The position numbers and the translations under genes are program-made. The notes beneath the pieces are model-generated. The model searched no databases. It was not told the DNA's origin and worked only from the letters and a program-made list of their open reading frames with translations. A DNA stretch of 64,000 nt, taken from positions 88,600,001 through 88,664,000 of the forward strand of contig NC_045697.1 in the NCBI RefSeq assembly GCF_009834535.1, in the 5' to 3' direction. Origin of the DNA: Camelus ferus (Eukaryota). This document shows positions 1 through 14,261 of this stretch, in pieces; the stretch's first letter is position 1; each line of letters opens with the position of its first letter.

Positions 1-23
1 CAGTTTTGATTTAAAATGCATGT

Positions 24-65
24 CTTTTTCTTTTTCTTTTTTTTTTCCTTTTTTTTTTTTTTTTT
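24..65 (+). repeat. Poly-T/pyrimidine tract
   Basis: Long T-rich run directly visible, followed by ...cctgtcaatgcag, which resembles a 3' splice site. Confidence 0.85.
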
Positions 66-78
66 CCTGTCAATGCAG

Positions 79-123
79 GGTCAGGGTACCTAAAGTTGGC
101 TTTGTACTTATCCAGGGCTGAGG
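79..123 (+). other. Candidate 45-nt internal exon
   Basis: Long polypyrimidine tract plus CAG acceptor (76-78) and donor AGG|gtaaga (124-129). One frame is open (phase 1: SGYLKLALYLSRAE). The peptide is not recognised. Confidence 0.3.
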
Positions 124-401
124 GTAAGAACCTATTTTATCAGGGTATTGTGTTTAGGACATGAGATTGTGTTGATGATAACTGTATATACATTGTTCAC
201 ATATAACACACAGAAGGATAGAGTTTGTTAGTATAATTAGGAATCCTTAATTATCAAAATGTGTACTTATTTTGTAAGCACATTTAAGGGAATATTTCTG
301 TACAAACTCACTAGATTTCACTTGACACATGGCAATTTGATCCTTAGGAAACCATATATGGCAAATTTAGTCACTGCAAAAGATGGTACTGTTTAGGAAA
401 T

Positions 402-430
402 AACACATACACACACACATACATAACACA
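402..430. repeat. (CA)n-like microsatellite
   Basis: acacatacacacacacatacataacaca. Confidence 0.7.
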
Positions 431-1829
431 GAAGATAACACCAAAAAAGGCAACTCTTAAAATTGGACAGAACAAAACTAGCAACATTTATATCTATGCC
501 CTTTAAATAAAAGCTGGACAAACTTTCAACACAAAGAATTCATTTGGAAAACATTACCCTATATTTTATTGGGCATATAAACTTTGGGATCAGTTAAGTA
601 CAAGTTCATTACTGGATTTTAAAAACCAGATAGTTAAAAAGGCAGAAAGCTTCACTTCATTCTTTATCATATGGTGTCTTTTCTACATTTGTTCAGAACT
701 CAAATGCTTAAATCATGACTGAACATGAAGAAAATAAATGTTATATGTTTTTCATAGAGAAATACAATTACTCCTAGTTGGTCATTAGTAAGTAAAATAT
801 GAAGGATATTCTAACACCCTCTATTAGGCTTTCTCTCCTAATCTTAAAACAGAGCATACGGATGTACTGTTCTAGACTAGATTTGGGGGACTTCTATCTA
901 TTTGGGGACTCATAGGCCTTAATGCTTCAATATTCCCAATACAGATGCGTAGATGAATAGAAGAAAAGGCTGTATCAACTGAATGGAAGAAAACTTTCCC
1001 CAAACTAAATTGAGGGACCAAGGCAAACTGGGAGACGTGTGCTGAGATTGTTGTACGGTTGCTGGCAACTTTTAGGGACCCCAAGTCCTTCGCAAATCTA
1101 ACACATTTCATATTATGTAGACTCTGTTGTACTGTTGCTCAAGAATTGGAGGGGCGTGACAATTTCTCAGAAAAATTCTGGCTTTGTCTGTCTGTGCCAT
1201 AGTGGTCTATTTCCATTAGAGAAGAATTGATGTTTCCATCTGGGCAAGAAGAGTGGTCATGCTTTAGAACTTTAATAATTAATTGTTACATTTATCTCTC
1301 GTCATTAGACTTCGAAAATCATATGAATCTGCTATCATTAAATAGTGTAAAATATCATAATATCAGACTACTTTAGAAAGATGAACACCAGGATATTTAA
1401 AGAAGATTATTTAAGTACATGTTTGGTGCAAAAAGGAGAGAGGAGGGTGTGCTAAACTGTTTAGCTAGCACGGAGCTCACATTCAATGGAAGGACTTCAG
1501 ATTTAGACTTTTATCTTTTCTCCAACTGAAGTTATACATTAAATCAGAAAAGGTTTTTTTTTTTTTTGGTGAAATGTTAGTTTTTAACATAAAAATTTAG
1601 ATATTTTAAAATCTTACTTTCAAATTTCTTTTTAAATTTTTAATACATAAGTTTAAAAAATGTCCCAAGTCTCTCTTGACACACAACTAAACTTGGTTAG
1701 ACACCTAGAAGTTGAAATTAATTAGTTGAATTCCTTAGACAATACATTTCACGAATTTTAATTCTGTAATCTTTCATGGCACATCACTGCAGTAACACAT
1801 TCTGCTCTGTATTTGCTGTAAGAGTAGTC

Positions 1830-2055
1830 AAGTGGTTGTCTAGTGTGTATTCAGAATGTGGGCTCCTGAGTTAGGTAGAGAATTGTTATGGTATATATTG
1901 TCCAAATTACATATCTTTTCTAAGTTTGGTTTCTTCATTTTTAAAGTGGGAATTTAATTGTTGACATGAGGATTAAACAAAATACTGTAGCACCATACAC
2001 AATGCCACACACATAATAAATGACCTACAAGTGTTAGCTAATGCCACTATTATTA
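1830..2055 (+). mobile_element. MIR SINE remnant
   Basis: Degenerate MIR core (tctttctaagtttggtttcttcatttttaaagtgggaat...gaggattaaa...gtgttagcta). Confidence 0.55.
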
Positions 2056-2639
2056 AGAATGTCAAATACAACTTCATTTGATTCTCTAGACATAAATCTC
2101 TCTATATAAGGAATTTTGTTTAGAACTTATTACCAGGGGAAAAAAAATCTTTCTTTTTTTAATCTTGCTTTCCCACAAGGAATTGCTATGCTGCCCTCTT
2201 CCAGATAAAAAAAGAGCAATGTGACTTATGTTTAGCTTTTTACTCTCACTGCCAAACAGTTTTGTGTCAACTTGAAAGTCCAATTTTAGAAAATGTATTT
2301 ACCTTCACTCTCATTATATTTACATTCATTTTCTTTTCTTGGTCTTACTGTTCCCTTTTAAATAGTATTAGTGATACACATTTTTAATAGTGACAGATTT
2401 CTAATGCTTCTTATTGTGAGGGACTGGGGTGTGTTACAGGAATTGTAAATCAGTATCGTTGGGTTTTGAACTCGATGTCTAAGTATAGTTTCACAACTGG
2501 TGGACTGAATTTTCCTGGAGCCTTTTATAGTGAGAAAAAACACATCCCAAGGTAGGAGAGACTTCAGATTCACAATTCTGGTTAAATGAAATTAGCTACC
2601 TTCCACATGTGAATGCACATGGAAAGTTTATTTTACTAT

Positions 2640-3490
2640 TAGATAATCAGATTTAACAGTTTACTTAATAATTATAATCAAAGACAGTCTGTCATGTGAC
2701 TATAAGAGGTTCAATATCAGAAACTCTATCAAAATAACCCACTATGTTATTAAACAAAGGGAATAAAAATCAGGTATCAGTCGACCCCAAAAATACTTGA
2801 TTAGGTTCATCTCCTATTTTTCATTCAAAAATTTCTATTAGCAAACTGGAAATGGAATAAAATTTCTTTTAATTTATAAGGGTTATTTACCAAAAATATT
2901 ACGTCAAATGCTATTCTTAATGGAGAAAATTTAAATTCATTTCATTTAACTTAGAAAAAAAGATACCCATTATACAGCAAAGATTTAACATAGTACCAGA
3001 AATATTGGTCAAAGCTAAAGAGAATAAACAGCTAAAATAAAAGGTGTAAGGATTTGAGGGAAATGAAATGATGAAACTCTTATTTTCAGATATTTGATCA
3101 TATAAAACTAAGCAGCAATCACTAAACAAACTATTTAAATGAATAGAAAATTTAGCAAAAGCAGCTCTTCACTTTAATACTTTCCAATTAGAAAACAAAA
3201 TTTAAACATTTCTTTATCAATAGCAACAACAACTATAAAATACCTAAAAGTTAACCTAAACTAGTACACACATGATCTCTATGGACAAAGTTTAAAACTT
3301 CTATAAAAATCAGAGAATATAATCAGATCATATTGGGACTCTTCAATGATACTTGATGGACTGAATTAATATTATAAGGATCTAGATTCCTCTCAAATTA
3401 AAGTATGAATTCAATGAAACTATGTTCAAAATCGAAGTACAATTTTAAGAAACTTGATACATTTTCTCTAAAATTAACCTGGAAGTTAAA
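2640..3490 (+). mobile_element. Ancient L1 (L1M/L1ME-type) ORF2 fragment
   Basis: A-rich degenerate ORF2-like sequence (aatagaaaatttagcaaa, gaattcaatgaaactatgttcaaaatc, gaaacttgatac). No intact ORF. Confidence 0.6.
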
Positions 3491-6400
3491 GGCCCCTGGG
3501 TGACATCTAATTTTGGCCACGACAAAGTAGATTCAGTAAAGAAGTAACACTTCCACTGAAAACAACTACAAAAGCTGAACCAAACAGATTCAGTAAACAT
3601 TGGAAGGTGTGGGAAGCCTATCAACAGGCATGACGTAGGGAGCTATGATCCCTTAAAGAGGAAGGGCACATACGGGGAGCTCCACATGCACCTGAGCTTT
3701 ATTCTTTGGAGCATTGTCCAAATAACAGTGTTAGAGGACGAGCAAAGAGAAAGCCATAAGCCTGAAGGACTAAAGAGAAAACTGTTGGCATTTGGGGCTG
3801 CCAGAAGATTGGATCCTGACTGGTAAAATCCCCGAGAGAGCAGCCAATAGATGCTCCAAATCTTCCCTTTAAGTCATAACTCTATCCCTAAATTGGACGT
3901 GCCAAGAGTAAGTCTCTAAAACCCCCACCAGCAAAAGCAGCTGGGAAGCCAAAGAGTTGAGGAGATATCTGTGAAATGTGCGGTGCTGGGAAGAGAGATT
4001 GCAGTTCAGGTCTTGCACACAGAAGCAGCCTTCATAAATGTCCTGGTATTTGAGTTGGGATCCCAGAGAGCCAAGCTTTAAGAATAAGGGCAACCCCCTG
4101 GAGTAAGAAAAACATCCTAGAATAAAAGCCTTAGCACTGAAGGCAATACTAAAATAAACCTATCCATTGAAAGTCAAAAAAATCAAGCCTGAGAGGAAAG
4201 ACAACTGTACGTTATTACATTAGAAACATAACTTTTAAAACCACCTCCCAGAAAGGTACTCTGGCTTGCATGATTCTAAGAAATCTAATAGACTTCTAGC
4301 ACAATTCATCACCATGATATACCCCAATTTTTTTTATGTGATTCTCTCTAAACTTACTGTAAACTTCATGAAGTTATAGATTCTGTGTTATAACTGATCA
4401 CTGTATCAGCAATAAGCCACATAGCACTATTATATATATATTTGATAAAAGCTTGTTAAATAAATAAAGTACTTCTTTCAGTTCATAGTACCCACCCTAT
4501 CTGATGCTTTTAGTCTTGGCTACTCCTTGAGTATCCTTGTACCCTGTCCACCTGACCTTTCTCGTCTGGCTGCACAAAGAATGCTGGTCTTAAATTTTAA
4601 ACTCAAGTCTTCACTGTCTGTAGCTTTGACTGATAAATTTCTTGACTTGTCATGTGTACGAGGCAAAGTCAGAATAAATCACTGTATGCTAGATCATAGT
4701 GGTACAATCTTAGAAGGTAAAAATAAATGTTTTTATAACTAAGTTAAATTATTTAAGGAACTTGGAGCAGTGTCTGATGCATCATAACTATTTTATTTTA
4801 TTTAGATTATTCTATTTAAAATTAATCTGTCCAAAAGGACTCCAGAAACTTGCAAAGAAAAAGTAAGAGGACATGCATTGCTAACTGCTAATGATTAATA
4901 TTTTTAGTCAAATGAACTATTACAAAAGTAAACATAGCATTTAACAACTTTAAGATTATAGCAGTGGCATATATGAAATAGGAATGCTTATCTTTTTGAA
5001 GAACATTTAAAAAATAACATGCTCATATAGAACAGAAGTAGAATAGTAATTCCTTGTTATTGTGATTCATGTGTTGCTTGAATCTTCATGAGAGACATCT
5101 AACTGGCTGAGTTGATGCTCATTAATTATAGTTTAGAAGTCAATTATTTCCCAGAAGAGAAAGGCATATGTTATTATATATGTAAAATGCATAATAAAAC
5201 TGTATATTGATATTAGGAAAATGTATAATAATACACTGAGAACTTAAGTAGAAGTGTGAAAAATGGAACATGCTGTCCTCAACATGAACTTAGCAATCAG
5301 TATCATTATACAAAGTAAATACCCACCATTAGCGACTGTGTACACAGTATGTGAAAGTAATTCTCTTATTTTTTCCTAAGAACAGGCAAACAGTAAAAAC
5401 ACAGTTATAATTTCTTTATTCTACATTCGATACACTTCAGCACAATAAACTTGCTTGAAATACAATATTTTTTAGATAAAATGTAAGTAATGTGTTATCT
5501 AAGAGCTTTAAAGAATTTTCCATATAGCTTTCTTTTTATGGCAAATTAACTTGTTTATTCCTTGAAGAGATTCCATTTTACTAAGGAAAAAATTTCAATA
5601 TATAAGATTCAAATGCACATCTGAACATTTTCGTTGTTGTATAGTAAATTGACTTTACAAAGCTATAAACTATTCTGGGTTTATGGGCTTTTGGAAATAA
5701 TGACCTCCGTTAGAGTTTGTAATGCATTTCTGGGAGATATCATAAAAAATGTGTCAGCAGATTAATTTTTCCTTTAAAATGATCACCTTCAGCGTGTAAT
5801 AAATTGCTTGCATATATTCATAAAAGAATCTCTGTGGACTATTTCAAATTTGTATGCACATATCTTCACTTTGAAATTTTACAGGAAATGTATATGTTTC
5901 CATATATATGACCAGATTTCAGTCACAACATAAAAAGATCTCTACTTTGAAATGTGTGCTTATGTAGAAATATAAAAATACTTACCAGTTACTTATCAGA
6001 CTTCTGCCTAACAACTTAGCAGAAAACCATTCCTTAAATATTTATAAATTAAATTATTTGAATACACATATTAGCTGGTCTTTCCACTGACCTCTTATTC
6101 TTGCATAACAAGTTTTATACTTTCATGTGTTCTTGTATCTTCTCATGAAGGATAAATGGTCTTTTATACTATGATGGAAGATGAAAATATATTTTCTTCC
6201 ATTAATAGTAATAATAAATTGTGGAAGTATTATCGTCTTTTCTTAAATAGCCTTTTAATTATCTATGAGTATAAATAATCTTGTTAAATAATATTGCAGG
6301 AAAAATATATTTCCTGTATATTGCAACATAATGACTTGAAAATTGAGCTATTTTGAAATATTAATATTTTCATTGATTTAAATATAATCACTACTTATTA

Positions 6401-7879
6401 CAAATATTATAAACTAAGACTATATCTCTTACACAATTTACTAAGGAATTTACAATAGTTACAGGATAGAAATACCAAACATGAGCCCCTAAATAAGTTC
6501 TGAAATTGAAACATCATTAAGTCATGCCCTTACATTAATTAATCTCAGCTTATGAACTTTCAAAACATTATGTCCTGTTGACTTCATTACTCTCTGCCTT
6601 GTATTGTTTACCTATCTGTTATGCAGTATTATATATACATATATGGATAAATATAAAATAAAATAAACATTTTATATGATATATATATAAAAGATACATC
6701 TAATTTCATCTTCTAGGATGTAAGATCTTTACAGACAGGATCTTGTCTGTATGTCCCTCAGCTGCTAACATACAATTTTTACAAAGCAAAGGCTCAGCAA
6801 ATGTTTTTTATCAAAGGTTAAATCAATATTTCTCCTTACATTTCAATTACTTAAAGGTCAAATAAGCAATAATGAAAGCTAATATTTATTGGGTGGTTTC
6901 TATGTGGCAGCCATTGTTCAGTCTGCCTTAACCCCTAAGGTACCATAGAATGAAAATGTTAATAAACAGTTTATATGAATTATCAGCTCCTGCTGATGGT
7001 CTAAATCAATTTAATTTTTTTATTTAAATAATTTAGATAGAAATTTTGGGAAAATATTCAAATGAATAAAATAAGAATTTGAAAAAATATACCAGATTTA
7101 TTATTGAAAAGAATAAAAAATTGAAAATAATATCAGCTTCTTCAGAGTTTGAATTATCTTGGGAAAAAAGCTGGCCAAGTTAAAGCAAATAGAAATAAAA
7201 TTGTTTCTAATACTGTGTTGCTTAAAATTGACTAACTAGATACTCTCCCAGATTTGTACTATGGGACCTATTCAGCATCACTGTGAGATAAATGAGGTGT
7301 TTTGTTAAATCTCCTTGGAATCACATGTCCTGCCTCCATTATCAAGAGTATTTCTAACATCTTACATTGTAGAAACTGTTGCTTTCTTGAAAATATATTG
7401 TTTTTACTTATTTTGCTCTTGAAAACAAATGCTAATAGATTATTTGGGTTTTTTAGAAAATAATTTCTATTATTTGCATAATTTAATCTAATTTTAATTT
7501 GTGTTTCTTTTTCATCTAAGTAAAAATAGTATATAATCTACCCATGACTTTGCAAATTATCACAGTTTCATGGAGAATGATTCAACAAAAACATCCTTCT
7601 CTTGATTTTGAGACATAAATTATCTAAATTCACATCCAATGAAAGTCAATATCCCATTAGATTCCAAGAGACACGTTAATGTCTCTTTTCAGTGCTTTAT
7701 TTTGGAGCAGATGGGAGTGCCACAGCAGAAGCTGAGGACGTGCTTTAAAACAAAAAACATGGTGTCAGAGCTTTGAGATAGCCATTTAAGGATAGAAAGA
7801 GAAAACTCTTCAGGAAGACACTGATGTTTTTGATAAAGAGGTTACTTTTCCTTTAAAAGTAAAAATGCACAGGAAGAAA

Positions 7880-8700
7880 GGGAAATAAATACCTTGAATG
7901 TCATCCTTGTGAATGGCAGTGAGACTTGCTCTTACTGGGGACAGGCCAGAGTGACATATATATTCATTTAAAAGCCATGGCTTTTATTTTAAATGTGATT
8001 ATTTCCCTCTGTGCCCATAAATTAAGGGCAGCTACTATTAAATTTAATTACTTTCTGTAGCAGCCTGCAGCTGGGGAATATTTTCCTCTCAAAAGGGGTG
8101 ATTACAAAGAGAGAACTCTTCTAAACATAGATCATGCCCTCCTGTTTACATCAATTCATATATCCCAGGCTGAGAAATGGGGCCACACAATGCAAATAGT
8201 AAATTTGGTTAAAGAAAATAAAGACCAAATTACAACATTATGACAGAATTGCAATTAGTAAATCTGAGTATTTTCTTTATGGAAATACACTGCGTGCAAT
8301 GAGCAACAGTGATTGTTTATCATTCCCTACCTACTGCTTTGGAAAACAAATGATAGGAACTGTCTCAGTAATAAGCACCATCTGGGAAATGATCGTGGCT
8401 TCTGGCACGTTATTTTTTTCAGCATTTAGTTTACAAAAGCCTGGTAGGGATTCATCAAAATGGCCAACAATATTCATAATGTTCTTGAGGCAATGAGGTC
8501 GTCTTTGTACTATACTATAAAAATGAGGAAATGTATTTATGATGCTTTGGAATGTACAGCTCACAGTGATGCAGTTACACAAAGGTACAGACCAAACTAA
8601 GAGTGAGTTTTCCAACTGCAAGCATCATTCCTGATCTCGTTCATACAATCATGTTTAGTTGAACTTAGCTGTGTTGAGGGTGACAAAAGTTTATTGAGAA
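7880..8700. promoter_or_regulatory. Candidate conserved non-coding element/enhancer
   Basis: Apparently repeat-free stretch with clustered motifs: CCATAAA (8015), TGTTTAC (8143), ATGCAAAT (8190), TGACAG (8241) and several TAAT cores. Conservation was not tested. Confidence 0.3.
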
Positions 8701-9637
8701 TTTACTAACTTCACATCTATGCAAAATTACCTAACTTTTTCTACCCTGTCCCATATCAAATAAAGTAAGTCTCTTTCATATCAAGGAAAGGATTAACCAA
8801 TGCTTCTTCTGACAATGTATGTGAAGGTAAGGACAGGAATTGTGCTTACTATATTAAAGCATATCTAAGTGTGTTGTGTTGTACATTTTAATTTAAAATA
8901 TAGCAAGTCTTTTTTTTTAGCATTTAATAGAAAATAGTAAGTTGAACCATTTAAGAGAGTCTAGGTTGAACTGAGCAAGAGAATCTCCATGGCCAGCAAG
9001 AAAGAGAATGAGTGTCAAAATAATAACAGTAACAGTAATAATAATAGATTGATGGAAAAGACTATAGAGTTGTAACTTGTTTTAATAGTACGAGACAAGC
9101 AAATAGAAAAGAGATGAACAGGAAGGAGCAAAGAGTTTGCCTTTCTCTCCTGAGAAGGTAATGGGCAGCTCTGCATATGAATCAGAGTTTTCCAACTAAT
9201 CCAGAAAGTGAGCAACTGCTGAGAACAGGGAGGATCTGGTAAAAGCCACCAGTCAAGCCAGGGAGACTATAGGATTTCTAGAGAGACCCTCCAGAACCAG
9301 CACAGCAACATTTTCCCCAAGGCTTCCTCCCTGCCCAGATAGAATTGGAGTCTTTTCACTCTCAGTCATTATACTGGAGATGAAATATATTTGAATAACT
9401 GACACCTGCTAGCCTGAGGGACCAGCTTCTTGTAATTTTTTTTATATTAAAAAAATTTTAATTAGGTATCTCAATTAGAATTCAAAAATTCATCAGTGTT
9501 GCCTTCAAAATTATCGCACTGGTAGGTCATGCAGATTTTTTAAAACATTACTGCCACTTATTGAGACAGTTGGAGAGCATTTGTTTTAGAATTATATTCG
9601 GAGACACTTTGAAGCCACATCCTCACTACCCTACTTC

Positions 9638-10186
9638 TGTTACCCAAAAGATTAAGACCCCAGTTCTTGTCTTACCCGAAATATAAGATTTACAGACGGG
9701 AGATGGAAAGTGTTGTGTAGCAAAAAGATTTTAAAAGATTTATTTAGAAAAGGAAAAGTACACTTCCAAAACCAGAAGTCAGGGTGATCCAAGGGAAGAA
9801 AAGTGGTGGGTTTTGTCTCCCCTTTCTCTTATACCCTCGCTTAGGGGTGGTCTCTTGATTGATTGACAGCTCTTATCCCTGCAGTGCTTAGTCATGTTTG
9901 GCGCCCTTTGTGCATGTCCTTACCCATGGTGTATACAGAAAAACCCATGGAGGGGCCTAAACTGAAATGTTAATTATAATACAGTGAACACTGGGTCGTG
10001 GCCGGTTAAGTCCTTCCTGTGACCGCGCAGTCACGGCTGCTGGGTTCTGACCAATTTCTTGGCGGCACTCATTTAGAAGAAATAAAGTTCCTTTATGCCG
10101 GAGGTGGGCACAACCCCATCTTCTGGACCATCCTCCCTCTCCTCCTCCTATCTGCCCGGTGCCCCCACGTATCTAACTACCTAACA
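9638..10186 (-). mobile_element. Solo ERV LTR (ERV1-like)
   Basis: Inverted termini TGTTA...TAACA, 549 bp. Near-TSD cttc/attc. On the minus strand, a TATA-like TATAA (~9830) precedes AATAAA (~9740). Retained CpGs suggest it is relatively young. Confidence 0.8.
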
Positions 10187-10525
10187 ATTCCAAAACAAAC
10201 TAGAGAAAACAGGTTTGCAGCACAATCTCCCAGTAAAGGCAAGAACATCTACAAAAACTTGTCAGGCTGCCTCTTATAGGGAGCTTCTGTCCAAATCCTT
10301 TCACAACCAGAAAGTCTAGTCTATTTCAAAAGAAAGCCCATTCAACTTTGTATATGAGTTTTAATAGTCTAATCACCTCTCTCACTCTTTGGATTCCAAG
10401 GACGTTAGGATACTTCCAAAACTCAAATTCACCTTCGATGGATGGCTCTTTGCAACTACTTAGTAATGCTTAGTGAACTAGCTTTTCCTGCTCAAAGGTA
10501 GTTGCTAGCTTTTCAATAAACTCGC
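10187..10525 (+). mobile_element. Probable older LTR remnant interrupted by the 9638-10186 LTR
   Basis: LTR-like composition ending in ...ttcaataaactcgca. Sequence appears to continue left of 9638 (~9590-9637). Confidence 0.35.
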
Positions 10526-12219
10526 AAGATCATACAGGGAAAATATCTCTTATTAATATACCCAAGACTTTTTTTCTTTCTTTTTAATTGTACAGATAGG
10601 TTCTCTGCATGAATACAGATGTTCAAATTCTGAATTACCAAAAAGAAAATTAATATCACTATATTTCATATAAAAATAGATACTTTCAAGTATTATTGGA
10701 TGTTAGTTGTAAGGTACTAAATCACTTACATCATAAAGTATGGTACAGTGTAAAGAAATTTCTCAACATTTTACCTACTTCAGTAAAATTAATTTTAGCT
10801 ACAACATAATTTTGAAGTAAAAATATTTTCATATTAACTTGATATATCAGTGTTGAGTTTTTTAATATTTCCTACCAGTGCTCGTCTACATGCATGAAAT
10901 AATTTTACATGGTGATCATCATTTAGATGTAATCTCACTCATATTTTAATAAGTACATTATTAATATTTTAAATACAAAAATATTTGAAAGACCCTTTAA
11001 AATAATACCTGTAACTAAAGGTAAATGAACCTAAGTTTTCTCAAAGGCTTTTATTTCTGTAACATTAGCACCAATGCCATAAACTAATTTAGAATTACCA
11101 TTGTGGACAAACAAACAAAAGAGAACAAAAGCTTTGAGAGTTGTGTTTGCAACAATTATTCATGACATTTTCTCTTTACCAGTTCAGCTACCTTATGCCT
11201 ATATTTTCCTATATAACCAAATTCTAATCAATATTTCTCACTAACATTTAGTTCTTTTGAATTTTTTCCCAGATTGCTAATGACTCTGTGTGCTGGTTTT
11301 TTCCTTTCAATAGATTTTTATAGTCTTAAGTAGTTGTTTTATTTTTATAGTCCATTTACCAAATAGCAGATATCTTTCTAAAAATTTTTGGTTTTAGCTT
11401 CTCTTTGTCTCTCTCTGCTTTGATCACCTCCCTCTGTTATTCAAACCCACACAATTATACATCAAAAAATGAAAAAAAGCACGACAAAACAAAAGCAACC
11501 ATCCATTTGGCAGGGCAGGGAAAGGATTGGGAGTGCGGACCTGCATTACTGAGCTGAATGATGAGGCAGGAATGCACAGGAGCTGTTTTTCCTGGATCAG
11601 TAATCTTATGGTTCAGTGATAATTCTACAGGGATCAATGAACAAGGATGAAAACAAAATGAAAATGTTCCTGTCATGAGACCATTTTATAAGCAAAATTT
11701 GAAAACCTTGCTACCTTTTAAAAGAATGTTGCTCTTCGCCATTCACAAACTGTAAAAACTATCCATGCAAGTTGTTATTATAAAATTTACTCCAGCATTA
11801 TTGAAAGATTTTTATCAATGTCTGTGGAAATCAAATCAACAAAGATTTCCAAAGGAGCATCTATAAAATACGTTACAGAGAAGCAGCTGGAACAAGTTCA
11901 CTTTGTATGCATATATGCATATACGTATAGATACACATCTCATTCCAAAAAGGCTTAAGAGTGTTCATAAAATTACATGAAATGCAACAAGGTAAAAAGG
12001 CATTTAAAGTACAAAAATGAGGTAAACAGAAAATAAAACTACAAAAGGAAAATAGAGCTAAAAGTGAGGATGGTGTAAAATTCATATATACAAAGACGTA
12101 CATGGCAGAGAAATATTTTTTACTTCCCCAAAGCCACCTTTTAGCCCCTTTCTATTCCATATATTTCTAGTCTTTCAGCTAAGATTTGTACTGGTGCAAT
12201 TCTGATCAATGAGATTAAG

Positions 12220-12545
12220 CAGAAATATTTTGAATGACATCACACAAATGTTTACTTTCTGATAATTATGAAACAGTTTTATATTACTCTCTGACAAAGA
12301 CCTTCGTCTCTTGCTTCGTCTTTGACTGTGAAATAAGGAAGTAATGTGAGGAGCTCTTGCAGTCATTTTGTGGCCATGAGAACGCAGAGATTTCAGTCTC
12401 ATGCTTTGAAATTATAAAGCTGTTTACAATAATATCAACAATAATGTACCTTAGGTTTGCTATAGGAGAAAGTCATCTCTGTTTTTGTAAGCTATAATTA
12501 ATCTAATTTTTGGTTACTTGCTGTTGACCACATATTAATTTAGAC
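12220..12545 (+). mobile_element. MLT1-type MaLR LTR remnant
   Basis: ggagctcttgcagtcattttgtggccatgag and the terminal-like ttttgtaagcta...ttggttacttgctg. Confidence 0.5.
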
Positions 12546-14261
12546 AAACTATATTTTGGCCAAAGTGTGACCACATATTTGACTTAAAGTTTTTAACAAT
12601 CAGCATGAACAGTTATAATACATATTGCTTTTAAAAAATAAGAATGTTCCTCAGAGTTCTTACTAATGAACATACCATGTGGTGTAGTGAGCAGAATTCT
12701 TCGCAAACACAATGATAGTAAGGAGAAATCCAGGCACCTTTTTAAGAAGTTTGATCCTTGATAGAATCAGGGTGAGAATTAGGGCTTCATAAAGTTAATA
12801 CTTAGAGATTGTAAAGGAAAGCATAACTTAATTACTTTCTAGACCATCGCCCAAGAGAGTCATCATTCTTGCATGAAAGCTTTTAGAACACAGAGGTTAT
12901 CAATCCATGACTTATGGTGGCAGAGTTAATTGTTGTATCTTTGTTGCAAAGGGGAGACAAGGTTTTGGCCATAGGCCATAGGCATCAAGGCCCTATACGA
13001 AGTCACTGGTACCATACAAGAAAGCAGAGATCCCTTTTTTTTCTTATTTTTACTGTCTGTGTTCTAGAAATGCAGAAAAGTATCTGAAAGAGGAGCCTCT
13101 CATATATCACCTCCACACCATGATTGTCGACACATCAGACGATGAGATTAGCTATTTCTGTCTTCAAGTAACTGGTTTGCGTAAAATTTACTAATCAAGA
13201 AGAAATTGTTTGTCAATCTAAAAAGCTAAAATTGTGCTTACATAAAGGATGCTTCTTTTAATTAATCTGTGGATGCTGATGGGAGATAAGTGGAATGGGG
13301 AAGTGTCCATCCTTGGAAATTTTGATACGTGACTGGTATGGAAAAAATGAAGAAGATACAGAACTTATTTATAGATCATTCCTTGGATCATTAATTCCCT
13401 TTTGAGAAATGGATAGTTTTAAAAGTGACTAAAGAAATAGCCTTTTCTTACTGGGGAAGAAGTGGTGCAGAAAATATAATTATCCGTAATTATTTCTTCA
13501 ATTAACTATTGGAAAGAACAAGAGATCAACGAAGATTCTGGAATGTGAAAGTTGGAGAGGACCAGAGAAACCGCCCAGTGCATCCTCAGTGTATTTTGGA
13601 CAATGAAAGAGAAGCTTGCATAAAGCTTCTACAGCTGACGACAGAAAATAAACTAAAGTAGTTTAAATGAACTCTTTTCCTACACAAGCATATGTATATC
13701 TTTAAGACTAGAAATGACGTTTTTATCAGTCAACAAAATTGAAAGTCTCTAAAACACATTATACTTTTATTTATACAATTTGAATTGAATTAGATTGTTG
13801 ACATCAACAAAAGATTAATTGACATTTTTTACTTTGTCAACTGTTGGGAAAAACCAAAGCTAACTGATGCTATTTTGAGACCACTGTTGCTGTCTTCCTT
13901 TTAAGGAACTGCCCTTGACAAAAGTTTACTTGATATTGAATGCCTCACTTCTAAGGCAATTCACTGCTTACATCTGGGATGCTTTAAGTAAAAGTTAAAG
14001 GATTGCTAGATGAAATGAGGCAATGTTAATTCTATGAGGGAACTAGCTCTTTAAACAAAGAATGCGCTGCCAGATTAGAATGAAAAGAGAGTAGAATATA
14101 TATGCAGTATTAAAAGAAGTGTGGGGTGAGTTTGAATAGAGTCTGTTTACGAGTGTAAAGTTACTTAAGAATTTGATATTCCTCCTTTACTCCAGGATGC
14201 TGTTTTGGAAGAGCAGAGATTTAGAGTCTATTTTCTGTTGTTGCTGTTTGCTTGTTTCAGT

